This document shows positions 9,632 through 19,368 of a DNA stretch of 49,031 bases, in pieces (the stretch's first letter is position 1; each line of letters opens with the position of its first letter). The translations under genes were made by a program, and so were the position numbers. Origin of the DNA: Burkholderiaceae bacterium (lineage in GTDB: Bacteria > Patescibacteriota > Saccharimonadia > Saccharimonadales > AQU-01); contig JAYVTZ010000008.1 in assembly GCA_043788365.1 (NCBI GenBank), positions 1 through 49,031 of the forward strand, read 5' to 3'. The notes under the pieces are model-generated. The model worked only from the letters and a program-made list of their open reading frames with translations, was not told where the DNA came from and did no database searches.

Positions 9632-10054
9632 TTACGGTCTTGGACCGTGTGCTGGGCCGTCCTCAGTACCAGTTATTTTAAAGCTTGCGTCGAGTTTGAC
9701 GGTAACCTCAGAACCATCAGACTTCTTAACATGGGCTTCGTAGGTGGCGCCTTCGGCGTCAGTCTCTACTCTTAAAACTGTTCCTCCCGTGACTGCGTTC
9801 TCGGCTGCAGTTCTTACTTTGGTCGCAGTGTCACCAGTTAGTAGTTCTTCTTTTGTGCCGTTTGCACCGATATGTCCCCCTTTGGTTGGATCATGTGGTG
9901 CTGGTGGCTGACCAGTGGTTGAACTATTTGCCTGAGTAGTCGTGGTATTGGTTGCGGCGTTGGCGGCGGTTCCGTTAATCAGCGTTCCGCCAATCACTCC
10001 TATGGTAGCCGTTAGTCCAATTACGCCTGGAATAACTAATTTTTTTAAATTCAT
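9632..10054 (-). CDS. Secreted PepSY-like domain protein
   Basis: Start refined to MNLKK (AAGGAGG RBS); signal peptide; GGTVLRVETDAEGATYEAHV...V.LD..F motif. Confidence 0.7.
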   Translation of the reverse strand: MNLKKLVIPGVIGLTATIGVIGGTLINGTAANAATNTTTTQANSSTTGQPPAPHDPTKGGHIGANGTKEELLTGDTATKVRTAAENAVTGGTVLRVETDAEGATYEAHVKKSDGSEVTVKLDASFKITGTEDGPAHGPRP

Positions 10055-10214
10055 CGCCCTCCTTGTTTTAATGCTTCGATTGATTTGCCCGGGCAATACT
10101 ATGATTGCCCATGATGCTTAAATAAGGCTGAGACAGGTAGTAAATAATTGTTAACAGATATGGAATTGAATGTCATGATTGACTCAATCACTTAAAGATG
10201 TTATTGTTATACAT

Positions 10215-10598
10215 ATGAGTATTGCATCACAAAACGGTAAAAAAATTCCGCCACCGCCATATCAATTATCTGGTCTTAAGACTGGCGAGGTACTTAGTTA
10301 CGCATCTGACGGGGTCGTGTTTCATAATACAGTTGTTGCTCTCGATGAAGACAGACATCTACCGGTAGTTGAGATTACGGCTTCGAATACCGATAAACAT
10401 GGCCGAGATATAGTCGACAAGTTAAACAATAGCTCGATGAGAGGCATATTGTTAGGAACGTGTGACGAGTTGACTGGTGAGCCGCACACACCAGGCCTAA
10501 TCTATCCCGACAGGCCAAAATCGGCACTGGCGGTGGAGATGGTAATAGATGGTGAAAGAGTAGTTAGCGTCTTTCCAAACCCATCTAAGCTAGCCTAG
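10215..10598 (+). CDS. Hypothetical protein
   Basis: Open frame; start refined to ATG 10215 after a TGtTATTGT box. Confidence 0.5.
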   Translation: MSIASQNGKKIPPPPYQLSGLKTGEVLSYASDGVVFHNTVVALDEDRHLPVVEITASNTDKHGRDIVDKLNNSSMRGILLGTCDELTGEPHTPGLIYPDRPKSALAVEMVIDGERVVSVFPNPSKLA

Positions 10599-10761
10599 AT
10601 CTTAACTAATCAGAAATATTTACAGTGTACCCAAACTGTAAACAATCAAATCATCACAAAATAATGACAAAATTGTTTGTTCATAAATTATGGGTATTGC
10701 AAATTGATTTAGCTAGGAATATAATCACTGACGATAATTTAAATAAATAAGAGAATACAGA

Positions 10762-11190
10762 ATGAGTATAGATACAGAACATGGGCATGGAGCCCCGCAT
10801 GGCGAGGCCGGCCCTGACTCCCCGTCAGTCGTTAGTCTTGATGTGCCAGAAGGCATGATGTTTTTGGGTAAGCCTTACCGAGATGCTGAAGGCATTAAGG
10901 GTGGTCACAAGTCAATCGGCACAACAGTACACTTCGTTGGAGTAGAGCCTGGGTTACCAGAAAAAATTCAAGCAGCCAATGGTCATGGCTTTGACATGGC
11001 TTTTAATCATCTGACACAGATGGGCAAAGATGGTGCAGTGGAGCCAGTACCAGGTGTTAGAATATTATTGACACGACCACTTGAAGGCACGGATTCACAT
11101 GTTACCATAAATACAGGATCATTTGAGATTGTTCCTGTTCACGAAGCACGAAGCAGAATAGAAATTTCGTCTCCGCAATCTACAATCTAG
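10762..11190 (+). CDS. Hypothetical protein
   Basis: 142-aa ORF after an AT-rich promoter-like region. Confidence 0.55.
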   Translation: MSIDTEHGHGAPHGEAGPDSPSVVSLDVPEGMMFLGKPYRDAEGIKGGHKSIGTTVHFVGVEPGLPEKIQAANGHGFDMAFNHLTQMGKDGAVEPVPGVRILLTRPLEGTDSHVTINTGSFEIVPVHEARSRIEISSPQSTI

Positions 11191-11263
11191 GCCAGAGTTA
11201 CGAATATCACTGGGTTCGCGACAGTTTACTTAATCATATAAGTAGTATATAATATACTAAATT

Positions 11264-12301
11264 ATGATTGACTTGAGAAGTGGTGAGTTTGCTAAGTACT
11301 ATAGTCGTTATGGTGACCCAACCGAACAGCTACACCATGCCTATGATTCGTGGCTGGCTGATATGTCGAGCCGTGATAATGCCGAGCTAGAACCGATCCC
11401 ATATGATCTCGAGGCTCATCCAGAACAAGGCATTTATGTACCCAAGTCCAACTATTTAAGAACTGATGATGTCCTAGGACCAGGCGACTATTCTGGTACC
11501 AAGCTAAAAATGGCCCTAACACTTGGCGAGCTAACCTCTAGTAGGCTTGTTCAGCAGATTCGTGAACAGCCCGTATCGGTTGATGACCCAACCAAGATAA
11601 TAGATCGGCTGGCGGAAAACCAAAAACAGGGCAAAAATACGATGATAGTATCGTCACATTTCACATTTCCCGAATTTGGATTCATAAGAGCTCTTAGAGA
11701 TATAGCTGAAGATAATCAGGGCACAAAGATTGATGAAAACGCAGTGCTGCTCAATAAGTTAATGACGAGGCAGACCTATCACCACATAACAGTGGCCGAG
11801 CATTTTACTCCTGTTGGTAACGTCTATTGGTCGTACCCCAAAAGCGCTAGTGCCGATAAGCACGGCGTGCCTCTTGAGGCTCGAAATCTTGGCAATGCTT
11901 TGTTCCAGAAAGCTATTCGTCCAGATTTAGACAAGGGTGGCTTGATATTAGACGCGGCACTGACAGGCAGCGAGATTAAATCTGAAAAAGACGAAGCCGG
12001 CAGTACCCTCTACTATAGTATCCCTGATGTTGATCCAGCGTCGGCTAAGTTGATTGAACGGTTTGATGGCATTGTGCCAGCGACGATGATTAAAAGCCCT
12101 GTTACTGGCGAGTGGGTGCTCGATATTGGTGATTATGTAGATGTTAGCGATCTAATTAAGACTAATTCATCGGCTGACATAACTGATATGGTTTATCATG
12201 GAATCGCCCGTTCAGTTGAGCAGATAACACGTAGAGATGTTGTTTATAAGGACCTCGGGCCAAGAATGGCCCAGGCAAAGTCCTTGAGGAGCGAAGAGTA
12301 G
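11264..12301 (+). CDS. Hypothetical protein, possibly glycerolipid acyltransferase-like
   Basis: 345-aa ORF; NTMIVSSHFTFPEF resembles the HX4D block with E in place of D. Confidence 0.55.
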   Translation: MIDLRSGEFAKYYSRYGDPTEQLHHAYDSWLADMSSRDNAELEPIPYDLEAHPEQGIYVPKSNYLRTDDVLGPGDYSGTKLKMALTLGELTSSRLVQQIREQPVSVDDPTKIIDRLAENQKQGKNTMIVSSHFTFPEFGFIRALRDIAEDNQGTKIDENAVLLNKLMTRQTYHHITVAEHFTPVGNVYWSYPKSASADKHGVPLEARNLGNALFQKAIRPDLDKGGLILDAALTGSEIKSEKDEAGSTLYYSIPDVDPASAKLIERFDGIVPATMIKSPVTGEWVLDIGDYVDVSDLIKTNSSADITDMVYHGIARSVEQITRRDVVYKDLGPRMAQAKSLRSEE

Positions 12302-12377
12302 TTTCTGTTCGGGCTAAAACTGCCACAATAGAAGCGTGTTTTCTGTCTAAACGCGCTATAATTAGTATCAACAAATC

Positions 12378-13955
12378 ATGGATTCAACCAACCAACAATC
12401 TGTATTATTCGAGTTGCTGAAGGCCCAATTATTAAATGCTCGCGAAAATGATCGTCAAATTCGTGCTGGTAACGCCCTTGGTCGTAAGATTACAACACCA
12501 AACACCGGCAAGATAATCTCGACTGCTTATGAACAACTGCGCAATGCCGCCGAGTACGCCGAAGATCACTTGATATTGCAGCGTGCTATCCGTAGATTCT
12601 TGAAACGCAGTCTGTTCATCGGCAGGGTAGAGCTGCACGAAATCGGCGAAGAGCTGATTATTGAACTCTTGCAGGCCGGATATTTAAAAGAGAGCGAATT
12701 TGGGACACGCGTCGCGGGTTCGATTGGCCAATTGGCGGCTAGCTATGAGGAGGTATACCACCGCTTGCGACAAGCCCATGTTCCGAAAAAACAGGCTCAA
12801 GACTGGATTTTGTCTATTCTATCAGTAGAGATTGAGTCAATATTAAATCCACAAAACCACAATTTCGCACTACTCTACATAGCCCATGAGCATTTCAAGA
12901 ACTTGTTACCAAAGAAAAAGATTATAGTAAATCAAGCCGAGGACGAAGTATATGACATATCACTTTATGTCGCTATCCACTTGGCCTTGTTTAAGTCGGA
13001 TACGGCCGTTGTCAGGCACGATATTCTGCGCGTTTACAAGCAGACGCCAGCTGACATTCATGGCTTTATATCTATGAATAAGCACGTTGATCAGCTATAT
13101 CTGTCGAGGTTAACAAATGTTTTGCGTCGGATTGTTAGCAAGAATGGTGCGCCGCTTCGAATATTAAAAAGTATGTGTCATGATTATCCGACTACAGTTG
13201 ATATTCTTCCTGACCGCAAGCAGTTCTTGCAGGCCTATAGGCACCAAATTGACCTTGAGTTTGAGAACGTTCAAAAGCGCGTTAACAAGGGTATAATTAA
13301 GAGCATATTCTTCATTTTGATAACAAAAGTGATAATTGGAGTTGGTGTCGAAGTCCCGTATGACTTAATTACAACTGGGGCAGTTGCCGGAGTGCCATTA
13401 ATAGTTAACTTGGCTACCCCACCTCTATATATGGCGAGTTTAAAACTAAGTCTTAAATCACCGCGGTCACTCAGTAAACAGACACTAATTGAATATATCG
13501 ACATGGCAATTTATGGTACTCAGAAACCACCTCTATTGATGGTAAAGCAGGCTTCTAGTACTCGGATTCTAGTTAATTGGCTTTATTCAGTTCTGTTCTT
13601 TGTGCCTTTTGCAGTTTTGGTTTATGTTTTAGAACTATTGCACTTTACGATTCCACAGATGGTCATTTTCTTCACCTTCTTGTCGACGGCTAGTTTCCTA
13701 GGCTTCAGGCTTAGTAGTAAGATACGTGAAGTCGAATTTGGCGATAAGAAATCATCAGGCCTGTTTGCCTCGTTACGAGACTTTTTCTATCTACCTTTTA
13801 TTGTTTTTGGGCAATGGATATCAGGCAAGTATTCAAAAATTAACCTTGTTAGTAATGTGCTTGATATTGTTATAGAATTACCGCTTAAAACAATCTTGCG
13901 ACTGGTTCGACAATGGGTGAGCTTCCTTGATCAAAAACAAGAAGAGATCTATTAG
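12378..13955 (+). CDS. Conserved hypothetical membrane protein (CPR-type)
   Basis: 525 aa, soluble N-terminus (AYEQLRNAAEY..DHL..QRAIRR) and several C-terminal TM helices. Confidence 0.75.
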   Translation: MDSTNQQSVLFELLKAQLLNARENDRQIRAGNALGRKITTPNTGKIISTAYEQLRNAAEYAEDHLILQRAIRRFLKRSLFIGRVELHEIGEELIIELLQAGYLKESEFGTRVAGSIGQLAASYEEVYHRLRQAHVPKKQAQDWILSILSVEIESILNPQNHNFALLYIAHEHFKNLLPKKKIIVNQAEDEVYDISLYVAIHLALFKSDTAVVRHDILRVYKQTPADIHGFISMNKHVDQLYLSRLTNVLRRIVSKNGAPLRILKSMCHDYPTTVDILPDRKQFLQAYRHQIDLEFENVQKRVNKGIIKSIFFILITKVIIGVGVEVPYDLITTGAVAGVPLIVNLATPPLYMASLKLSLKSPRSLSKQTLIEYIDMAIYGTQKPPLLMVKQASSTRILVNWLYSVLFFVPFAVLVYVLELLHFTIPQMVIFFTFLSTASFLGFRLSSKIREVEFGDKKSSGLFASLRDFFYLPFIVFGQWISGKYSKINLVSNVLDIVIELPLKTILRLVRQWVSFLDQKQEEIY

Positions 13956-13959
13956 AATC

Positions 13960-14075
13960 AAGACAATTTATCATTTAACATTGACCATTTCTCATTGAAG
14001 CTTCTTGAGCCCAATGACAAATGCCACGTGTTAAATAAATGACAAAATGACAAATGTTCAATGCTAAATTGTCTT
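13960..14075. repeat. Nested inverted repeat built from degenerate heptamers
   Basis: aagacaatttatcatttaacatt vs aatgttcaatgctaaattgtctt (21/23 complementary); inner catttctcattg/caatgacaaatg; lies between convergent genes. Confidence 0.75.
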
Positions 14076-14083
14076 AAAGTGCG

Positions 14084-16015
14084 TTAGTTGAAGCGGACGG
14101 GTACAAGTTCGGCGCTAAGACGCGAGTCCTCGCCGAGGCCATAGTATTCGTAAGCTGGGCTCGAATTGTTGACCAGCATAGTGTAGAGAATTGATCGGAG
14201 CTTTTTGAAGCCTTTGTGGCGCTTCGGTATAAAACGTTCGCGGGCAACATAAATAATCCAGTCTTTCATGTCATCATCAGGGGTCAATTTATCATTATTG
14301 GCAATATCATGAATGACTTTTTCGACATTAGGCTGCTCGAGGAAACCGAAGTTGGCGGTGATTGAAAGTAGGCTGGTGCCTTTTTTGTGATCGTTCTCAA
14401 ATTCCTTAATGCTATAGCGGTCGGCTTCGTCAACGTAGGGTCGTTTAACTTGTTTGATGGTTAGGCTAATAATGTGGTTTGGCAGGCTGTTGTAGCGATT
14501 TATGAATAACTCTAGAATTGGTGGTGCCATGTCAGTCAATTTGTTGACACTCTTATTTGATAGCACTAGTAGACTGCGTTCGAACACGTGTTTTTGCTCG
14601 TGTTTTAGCTTTAAGACATTGGCCATTGTCATCGTTGAGTGCATATTAAGAGTAGTTGTCCAGTGGTGTCGACCCCAGCGCCAAGCGCTCATGATAGCAA
14701 ACAAGGCAAGGCCAATGCTGAGCGGCACATAGCCACCTTCCAGAAACTTAAGACTATTTGCCGTTAGAAACATGACGTCAAATGCTAGTAGTGGCAGGAA
14801 AAGCGCTAGGCTAGCAAATTTCGACCACTTCCAGAGCTTTTGAGCGATAAGAATCATGCTGAGAGTGGTTACGACCATCACACCTGATACTGCAAGACCG
14901 TAAGCGCTAGCGAGACGCTCGCTACTACCAAAGCCAATAACGAGCATGACACAGCCAGCAAATAGTGCCCAGTTGACGAATGAAATGTAGATTTGCCCCT
15001 CATGGTGTTCGTGGGTGTGGCTAATACGTAGACGAGGCAGTAGGCCAAGAGCAATACCTTGTGATGTCAGGCTGAATGCGCCAGATATCAATGCCTGGCT
15101 AGCAATAACTGTTGCCATACTGGCTAGCAATACCATTGGTGCTAGTAGTGAAGTAGGTACAAGACTATAGAAAAGGCTGTCGCCGACAACTGGCTTGCCT
15201 TGTAATAGGAAAGCTCCTTGACCAAGATAGTTTAAGATTAAACATGGCATCACAACAGTGAACCAACTTATTCTGATTGGTAGTGCACCAAAGTGACCCA
15301 TGTCAGCATAGAGCGCTTCGCCACCAGTAACAACCAGCATGACAGAACCGAGCAGAATAAATAATTTTTCTATTGGGAAAAGCGTGAAAGCGCGCGCTGC
15401 ATAGATCGGATTGAAAGCCTCTAGAATGGCTGGAGCGTGGATTAATTCACGCACACCAAGTATTGCTAGTGCAATAAACCACAGTGATATGATAGGCCCG
15501 AATAATTTACCTATTTTGTGTGTTCCTCGGGATTGGATTGCAAATAGCCCAGTTAGAATAGCTAATGTAATCGGCACCACATAAGGATTAAGTGTAGGAG
15601 TAATGACTTTTAGACCTTCGACTGCTGACAGCACGCTGATTGCAGGGGTAATAATGCCGTCTCCGAACAGTAGCCCAGCAGCAATAATAAGTAGTGCAGA
15701 AACAGCTAAGACTATTTTGTGTTTGTGTTGACGCAGTAATGCAAAAAGGGCAAAAACGCCACCCTCTCCCTCGTTGTCAGCCTTAAGAACCCAAAAAACG
15801 TATTTGAAAGCAACGACGATAATCAATGACCAAAGCACCAATGATATTAGACTTAGTATGTTGACCCTGGTGAGGTCTGGTCGGAAATGCCCAAAGAACA
15901 TTTGGTTTATAGAATAAAGCGGGCTAGTGCCAATATCGCCATAGACGATACCGAGTGCGCCAAAGGACAATCCGAGCAAGCCCAGCTTTGAACGCTTGTT
16001 TAGATGATCAGACAT
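14084..16015 (-). CDS. kup: KUP/HAK/KT potassium transporter
   Basis: GIVYGDIGTSPLY, ADNEGEGG, TPAISVLSAVEG, GEALYADMGHFG. Confidence 0.96.
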   Translation of the reverse strand: MSDHLNKRSKLGLLGLSFGALGIVYGDIGTSPLYSINQMFFGHFRPDLTRVNILSLISLVLWSLIIVVAFKYVFWVLKADNEGEGGVFALFALLRQHKHKIVLAVSALLIIAAGLLFGDGIITPAISVLSAVEGLKVITPTLNPYVVPITLAILTGLFAIQSRGTHKIGKLFGPIISLWFIALAILGVRELIHAPAILEAFNPIYAARAFTLFPIEKLFILLGSVMLVVTGGEALYADMGHFGALPIRISWFTVVMPCLILNYLGQGAFLLQGKPVVGDSLFYSLVPTSLLAPMVLLASMATVIASQALISGAFSLTSQGIALGLLPRLRISHTHEHHEGQIYISFVNWALFAGCVMLVIGFGSSERLASAYGLAVSGVMVVTTLSMILIAQKLWKWSKFASLALFLPLLAFDVMFLTANSLKFLEGGYVPLSIGLALFAIMSAWRWGRHHWTTTLNMHSTMTMANVLKLKHEQKHVFERSLLVLSNKSVNKLTDMAPPILELFINRYNSLPNHIISLTIKQVKRPYVDEADRYSIKEFENDHKKGTSLLSITANFGFLEQPNVEKVIHDIANNDKLTPDDDMKDWIIYVARERFIPKRHKGFKKLRSILYTMLVNNSSPAYEYYGLGEDSRLSAELVPVRFN

Positions 16016-16142
16016 GATTACCTCAAGATTATGTTATTAATATTTTAAGATTTGAAGAGAACGTTTTTGTTGTCTTTTATTCTCATATAATAACATATAC
16101 CCCTATAATTAGGCAAGAAATTCATATACAATTCATTTTGCA

Positions 16143-16520
16143 ATGCCAGAGTTTAAAGGATTTCTTCCTAAGGGTGAAACGGGCTTAGATGAAGTCACGA
16201 CCGGCCACCATGTAATTAATGTTGAGCGAGACATGAGTATCTCGGGTCAAGATGTCAACGGTGGAACGTTTCAGCTCAGTGCTTTCCGTCGTGATAAAGA
16301 TAGTGACGACGGCCAGTCAGTGACTGCAAATGCTTTGTATAAACCGGTTGATGGCGAGCTAATTAGCGATGAAGTCAGGCTAAAGACTAGGATTAAAGCT
16401 TTCGGCAACACTACTATGGAGGTAATAGAGCGTAATAAAGGTAAGGCAGTAGTTGTCGGGAGTCTTGTGGTCGGACTGGTGGCCGGAGCTGGTTTGTTAG
16501 TGAAACGTCGTCGACGCTAG
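16143..16520 (+). CDS. Hypothetical protein with C-terminal TM anchor
   Basis: C-terminal hydrophobic helix followed by KRRRR. Confidence 0.6.
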   Translation: MPEFKGFLPKGETGLDEVTTGHHVINVERDMSISGQDVNGGTFQLSAFRRDKDSDDGQSVTANALYKPVDGELISDEVRLKTRIKAFGNTTMEVIERNKGKAVVVGSLVVGLVAGAGLLVKRRRR

Positions 16521-16579
16521 CTATAGTAGCGTTGTTAGAAGGCTGTTAATCCTATAGAATTAACTAGTTAATATTATCT

Positions 16580-16653
16580 GGCGCCTTGGCCGAGCAGTTA
16601 GGCAGGGGTCTGCAAAACCTCGTAGACGGGTGCGACTCCCGTAGGTGCCTCCA
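16580..16653 (+). tRNA. tRNA-Cys (GCA)
   Basis: GGCGCCT/AGGTGCC acceptor stem, GGGGT-CTGCAAA-ACCTC anticodon arm, encoded CCA. Confidence 0.93.
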
Positions 16654-16674
16654 AATGTTATAATAGTTAGTCAT

Positions 16675-16762
16675 GGGCGAGTGGCGGAATTGGTATACGC
16701 GGCGGACTTAAAATCCGCTGGCTGAATAAGCCTTGTGGGTTCAAGTCCCACCTCGCCCACCA
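16675..16762 (+). tRNA. tRNA-Leu (TAA)
   Basis: GGGCGAG/CTCGCCC acceptor stem, GCGGA-CTTAAAA-TCCGC, long variable arm, GGTTCAAGTCC, CCA. Confidence 0.96.
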
Positions 16763-16763
16763 T

Positions 16764-16793
16764 AGAAAAGACCACCTTCTGGTGGTTTTTTCT
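16764..16793 (+). terminator. Rho-independent terminator after tRNA-Leu
   Basis: agaaaagaccacc/ttct/ggtggttttttct. Confidence 0.8.
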
Positions 16794-16794
16794 A

Positions 16795-17075
16795 TGGTGG
16801 CGTGGAAGAGCAAGCCAACTGCTTGGCTTGCGAGGGACGAAGAACAGCCGGAGCCATGTGTAAGTTTGACCAAAGGTCAAGGCGAACACGGCGAGGCGGG
16901 CTCGCGACCTTTTTCCGCCCGGGAAAAAGAGTTGTGAGTCAAGTCCCACTAGGTGCAATCTGAGAGGCAGGCTGATATGCATACGACTTGAACAGCCCCT
17001 TGCCTGTGTGGTACGGACTCGGTCTCTTGTCTCAAAATGCCAGATGGCATCTTGGGGACAAGGCAAGTCCCCTAG
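16795..17075. repeat. Two tandem GC-rich multi-hairpin elements downstream of tRNA-Leu
   Basis: Both units contain gaacagcc near the start and end in caagtccc(a/c)ctag; internal hairpins such as gcaagccaa/ttggcttgc and cttgtctcaa/ttggggacaag. Confidence 0.6.
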
Positions 17076-17119
17076 TTATAATCCAGACCTCATTATATTT
17101 ATTGTAAAGTCGAAACTAT

Positions 17120-17818
17120 TTAACGCCACTGATCAGGCATAATCGCCGCACACTCCGGAATTGCCAGTAAGTCCTGAGTACTAACATTGCCTAACCGCTC
17201 AATGTTTCTCAGCCCCGTTTGCGTGTAGCTATAATGCTCAAAAATGCTACCGTCCCTGGTCGTATAAGTAAATGGTTGTCCGAAGTAGATTTTTAGAAAT
17301 TTTGCCGAACCCTGGAAGAAATCTTTTGGATCGTCGGGTAGTGTCCCACCCAGTTGCAGCCGTTCATTGGCCAGATCGAGGCTTGATTTCAGGAAAGGTT
17401 CCACAGGGCCAGCCACGTTATGCAGGTCAGCTTCTACCATTAGGTTGGCTTCGTTAGTTGGCCTAGGTTTGCCCACTTGAGTCGGCAATATCGCTGTTAC
17501 GACTTGTTCGATGTAACTTTCGTCACGTCCCACCTCTGGTAAATTTTGTCTTGCCACCGATGCCGCTAATTCTTCTTTGCTATCAAAGCCGTATAAACTC
17601 GCATCAAGGGGGAAATCGGCATCGTGCCAAACTACTGCATCCTGAATTACATCTGGGTCGATTATTACACCCATTCTTGCAAGTACAGGAAGTCGTTTAT
17701 TGGTGTAGCCGAGCAGAGAGACGATGTGATGATCCCAGTTGTGATAGCTGAGCTTAGAATAATGCGGTCTAGCACGTTCGGCCGACTGCTCAAGCATGTC
17801 ACCAGATAATTTACTCAT
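17120..17818 (-). CDS. HD-domain metal-dependent phosphohydrolase-like protein
   Basis: YHNWDH...WHDA...EADL (H..HD..D) pattern; start refined to MSKLS. Confidence 0.7.
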   Translation of the reverse strand: MSKLSGDMLEQSAERARPHYSKLSYHNWDHHIVSLLGYTNKRLPVLARMGVIIDPDVIQDAVVWHDADFPLDASLYGFDSKEELAASVARQNLPEVGRDESYIEQVVTAILPTQVGKPRPTNEANLMVEADLHNVAGPVEPFLKSSLDLANERLQLGGTLPDDPKDFFQGSAKFLKIYFGQPFTYTTRDGSIFEHYSYTQTGLRNIERLGNVSTQDLLAIPECAAIMPDQWR

Positions 17819-17914
17819 AAGCAAACAATTATATTACACAATTGTCAAGGATGCAAGAAATTTCAAACAGCTGTATAATATAAGAACAAGTAAATAACGG
17901 AGTGGAGCTTAAGT

Positions 17915-18472
17915 ATGACACTATTTATTATCATCGGCGTAGTTGTTGTTCTCGCTATTATAGCGGCAATGTACAACGGTTTGGTACGTACAAACACAAG
18001 AGTTGACGAGGCATGGAGCGACATCACTGTACAGCTTAAGCGTCGTACTGACTTGATTCCTAATCTCGTAAACACCGTAAAGGGTTATGCGTCTCACGAA
18101 AAAGAAGTTTTTGAAAAGGTTACCGAAGCTCGCGCTGGGCTGATGAATGCCAAAGGTGTAGCCGATACGGCCAAAGCTGAAAACATGTTCCAGCAGACTC
18201 TAAAAAGTTTGTTTGCCGTTGCTGAAGCCTATCCTGACCTAAAGGCCAACGAAAGCTTTCAGCAACTTCAGGCAGAGCTAGTTGATACAGAGGATAAAAT
18301 TCAAGCTTCTCGCCGATTCTACAATGGTTCAGTTCGTGATTTGAATGTTAAGGTTAAAGTCTTTCCAACCAATATTTTTGCCAATATGCTCGGTTTTAAA
18401 CCTCGTGAATTCTTCGAAGTTGCCGAAGCAGAACAAGCCGCTATTCAGAACCCTGTTGACGTAAAGTTCTAG
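17915..18472 (+). CDS. lemA: LemA family protein
   Basis: YNGLV..AWSDI.VQLKRR.DLIPNLV..VKGYA.HE, AEAYPDLKA, RRFYN. Confidence 0.96.
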   Translation: MTLFIIIGVVVVLAIIAAMYNGLVRTNTRVDEAWSDITVQLKRRTDLIPNLVNTVKGYASHEKEVFEKVTEARAGLMNAKGVADTAKAENMFQQTLKSLFAVAEAYPDLKANESFQQLQAELVDTEDKIQASRRFYNGSVRDLNVKVKVFPTNIFANMLGFKPREFFEVAEAEQAAIQNPVDVKF

Positions 18473-18482
18473 TTGCTAAGCG

Positions 18483-19367
18483 ATGTATTCTGAAATTACC
18501 AGTAATAAACGTAAAACCTGGCTGTTAATGCTTGGTTTTGCCTTCTTTATTACGCTGGTTGGCTATATATTCAGTCGAGCTTATGGTCAACCATCGCTCA
18601 CCCTGGCAATCGGTATTGGGGCGATTATTTACACTGTAATTCAGTATTTCGTGGCCGACAAGATAGCGGCGGCAGTTAATGGCGCAAGACAAATAGTTAA
18701 AGCCGATAATCCTCGTTATTACCGTATAGTCGAGAATTTGGCGATTACTGACGGTATACCAATGCCAAAAGTTTATATAATTGATGATCCAGCGCCAAAC
18801 GCCTTTGCGTCGGGCCGCGACCCAAATCACGCCCTAGTCTGTGCGACATCGGGTATTCTCGAAATGATGACCGATAGCGAACTCGAGGGAGTGATTGCTC
18901 ATGAACTGGGGCATATAAAAAACTATGACATCAGGGTTACGATGATTGTCTTTGGGCTCGTTAGCGTGGTCGCTATGCTTAGCGATGTGTTTCTGCGGAT
19001 GATGTTTTGGGGTGGCGGGCGCGATGACGATAACAACAGTAACAACACGATATTTTTAGTACTTGGTATAGTTGCGGCGATTTTGGCACCAATTGTCGCC
19101 ACGCTGATTCAGCTATCGATTAGTCGTAATCGTGAATATTTGGCTGACGCCACTGGAGCGTTAACGACTCGTTATCCTGAAGGTCTTGCTAGCGCGCTTA
19201 AGAAGATAGAGCAGAACGGCAGCGTGCTTAAAAAGCAAAATACTTCGACAGCGCACCTCTTCTTTGCGAATCCACTAAAATCAAAAAGCCTACTCAGTTT
19301 ATTCAGTACCCATCCGCCGATTGAAGAGAGAATAAAACGGCTCGAGAGTATGGACACTCATACCTAA
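18483..19367 (+). CDS. htpX: Zinc metalloprotease HtpX (M48)
   Basis: PNAFASG, HELGH (HExxH), SRNREYLAD, STHPP; follows lemA. Confidence 0.95.
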   Translation: MYSEITSNKRKTWLLMLGFAFFITLVGYIFSRAYGQPSLTLAIGIGAIIYTVIQYFVADKIAAAVNGARQIVKADNPRYYRIVENLAITDGIPMPKVYIIDDPAPNAFASGRDPNHALVCATSGILEMMTDSELEGVIAHELGHIKNYDIRVTMIVFGLVSVVAMLSDVFLRMMFWGGGRDDDNNSNNTIFLVLGIVAAILAPIVATLIQLSISRNREYLADATGALTTRYPEGLASALKKIEQNGSVLKKQNTSTAHLFFANPLKSKSLLSLFSTHPPIEERIKRLESMDTHT

Positions 19368-19368
19368 A

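Noticed and set aside
16016-16142. c-di-AMP riboswitch upstream of kup
   Set aside because: The region is short and AT-rich and lacks the ydaO consensus motifs.
16671-17066. Minus-strand ORFs of 131 aa and 68 aa
   Set aside because: They overlap tRNA-Leu antisense and the GC-rich hairpin elements, so they are shadow ORFs.
16795-17075. CRISPR array
   Set aside because: Only two degenerate units with irregular spacing, and no cas genes.
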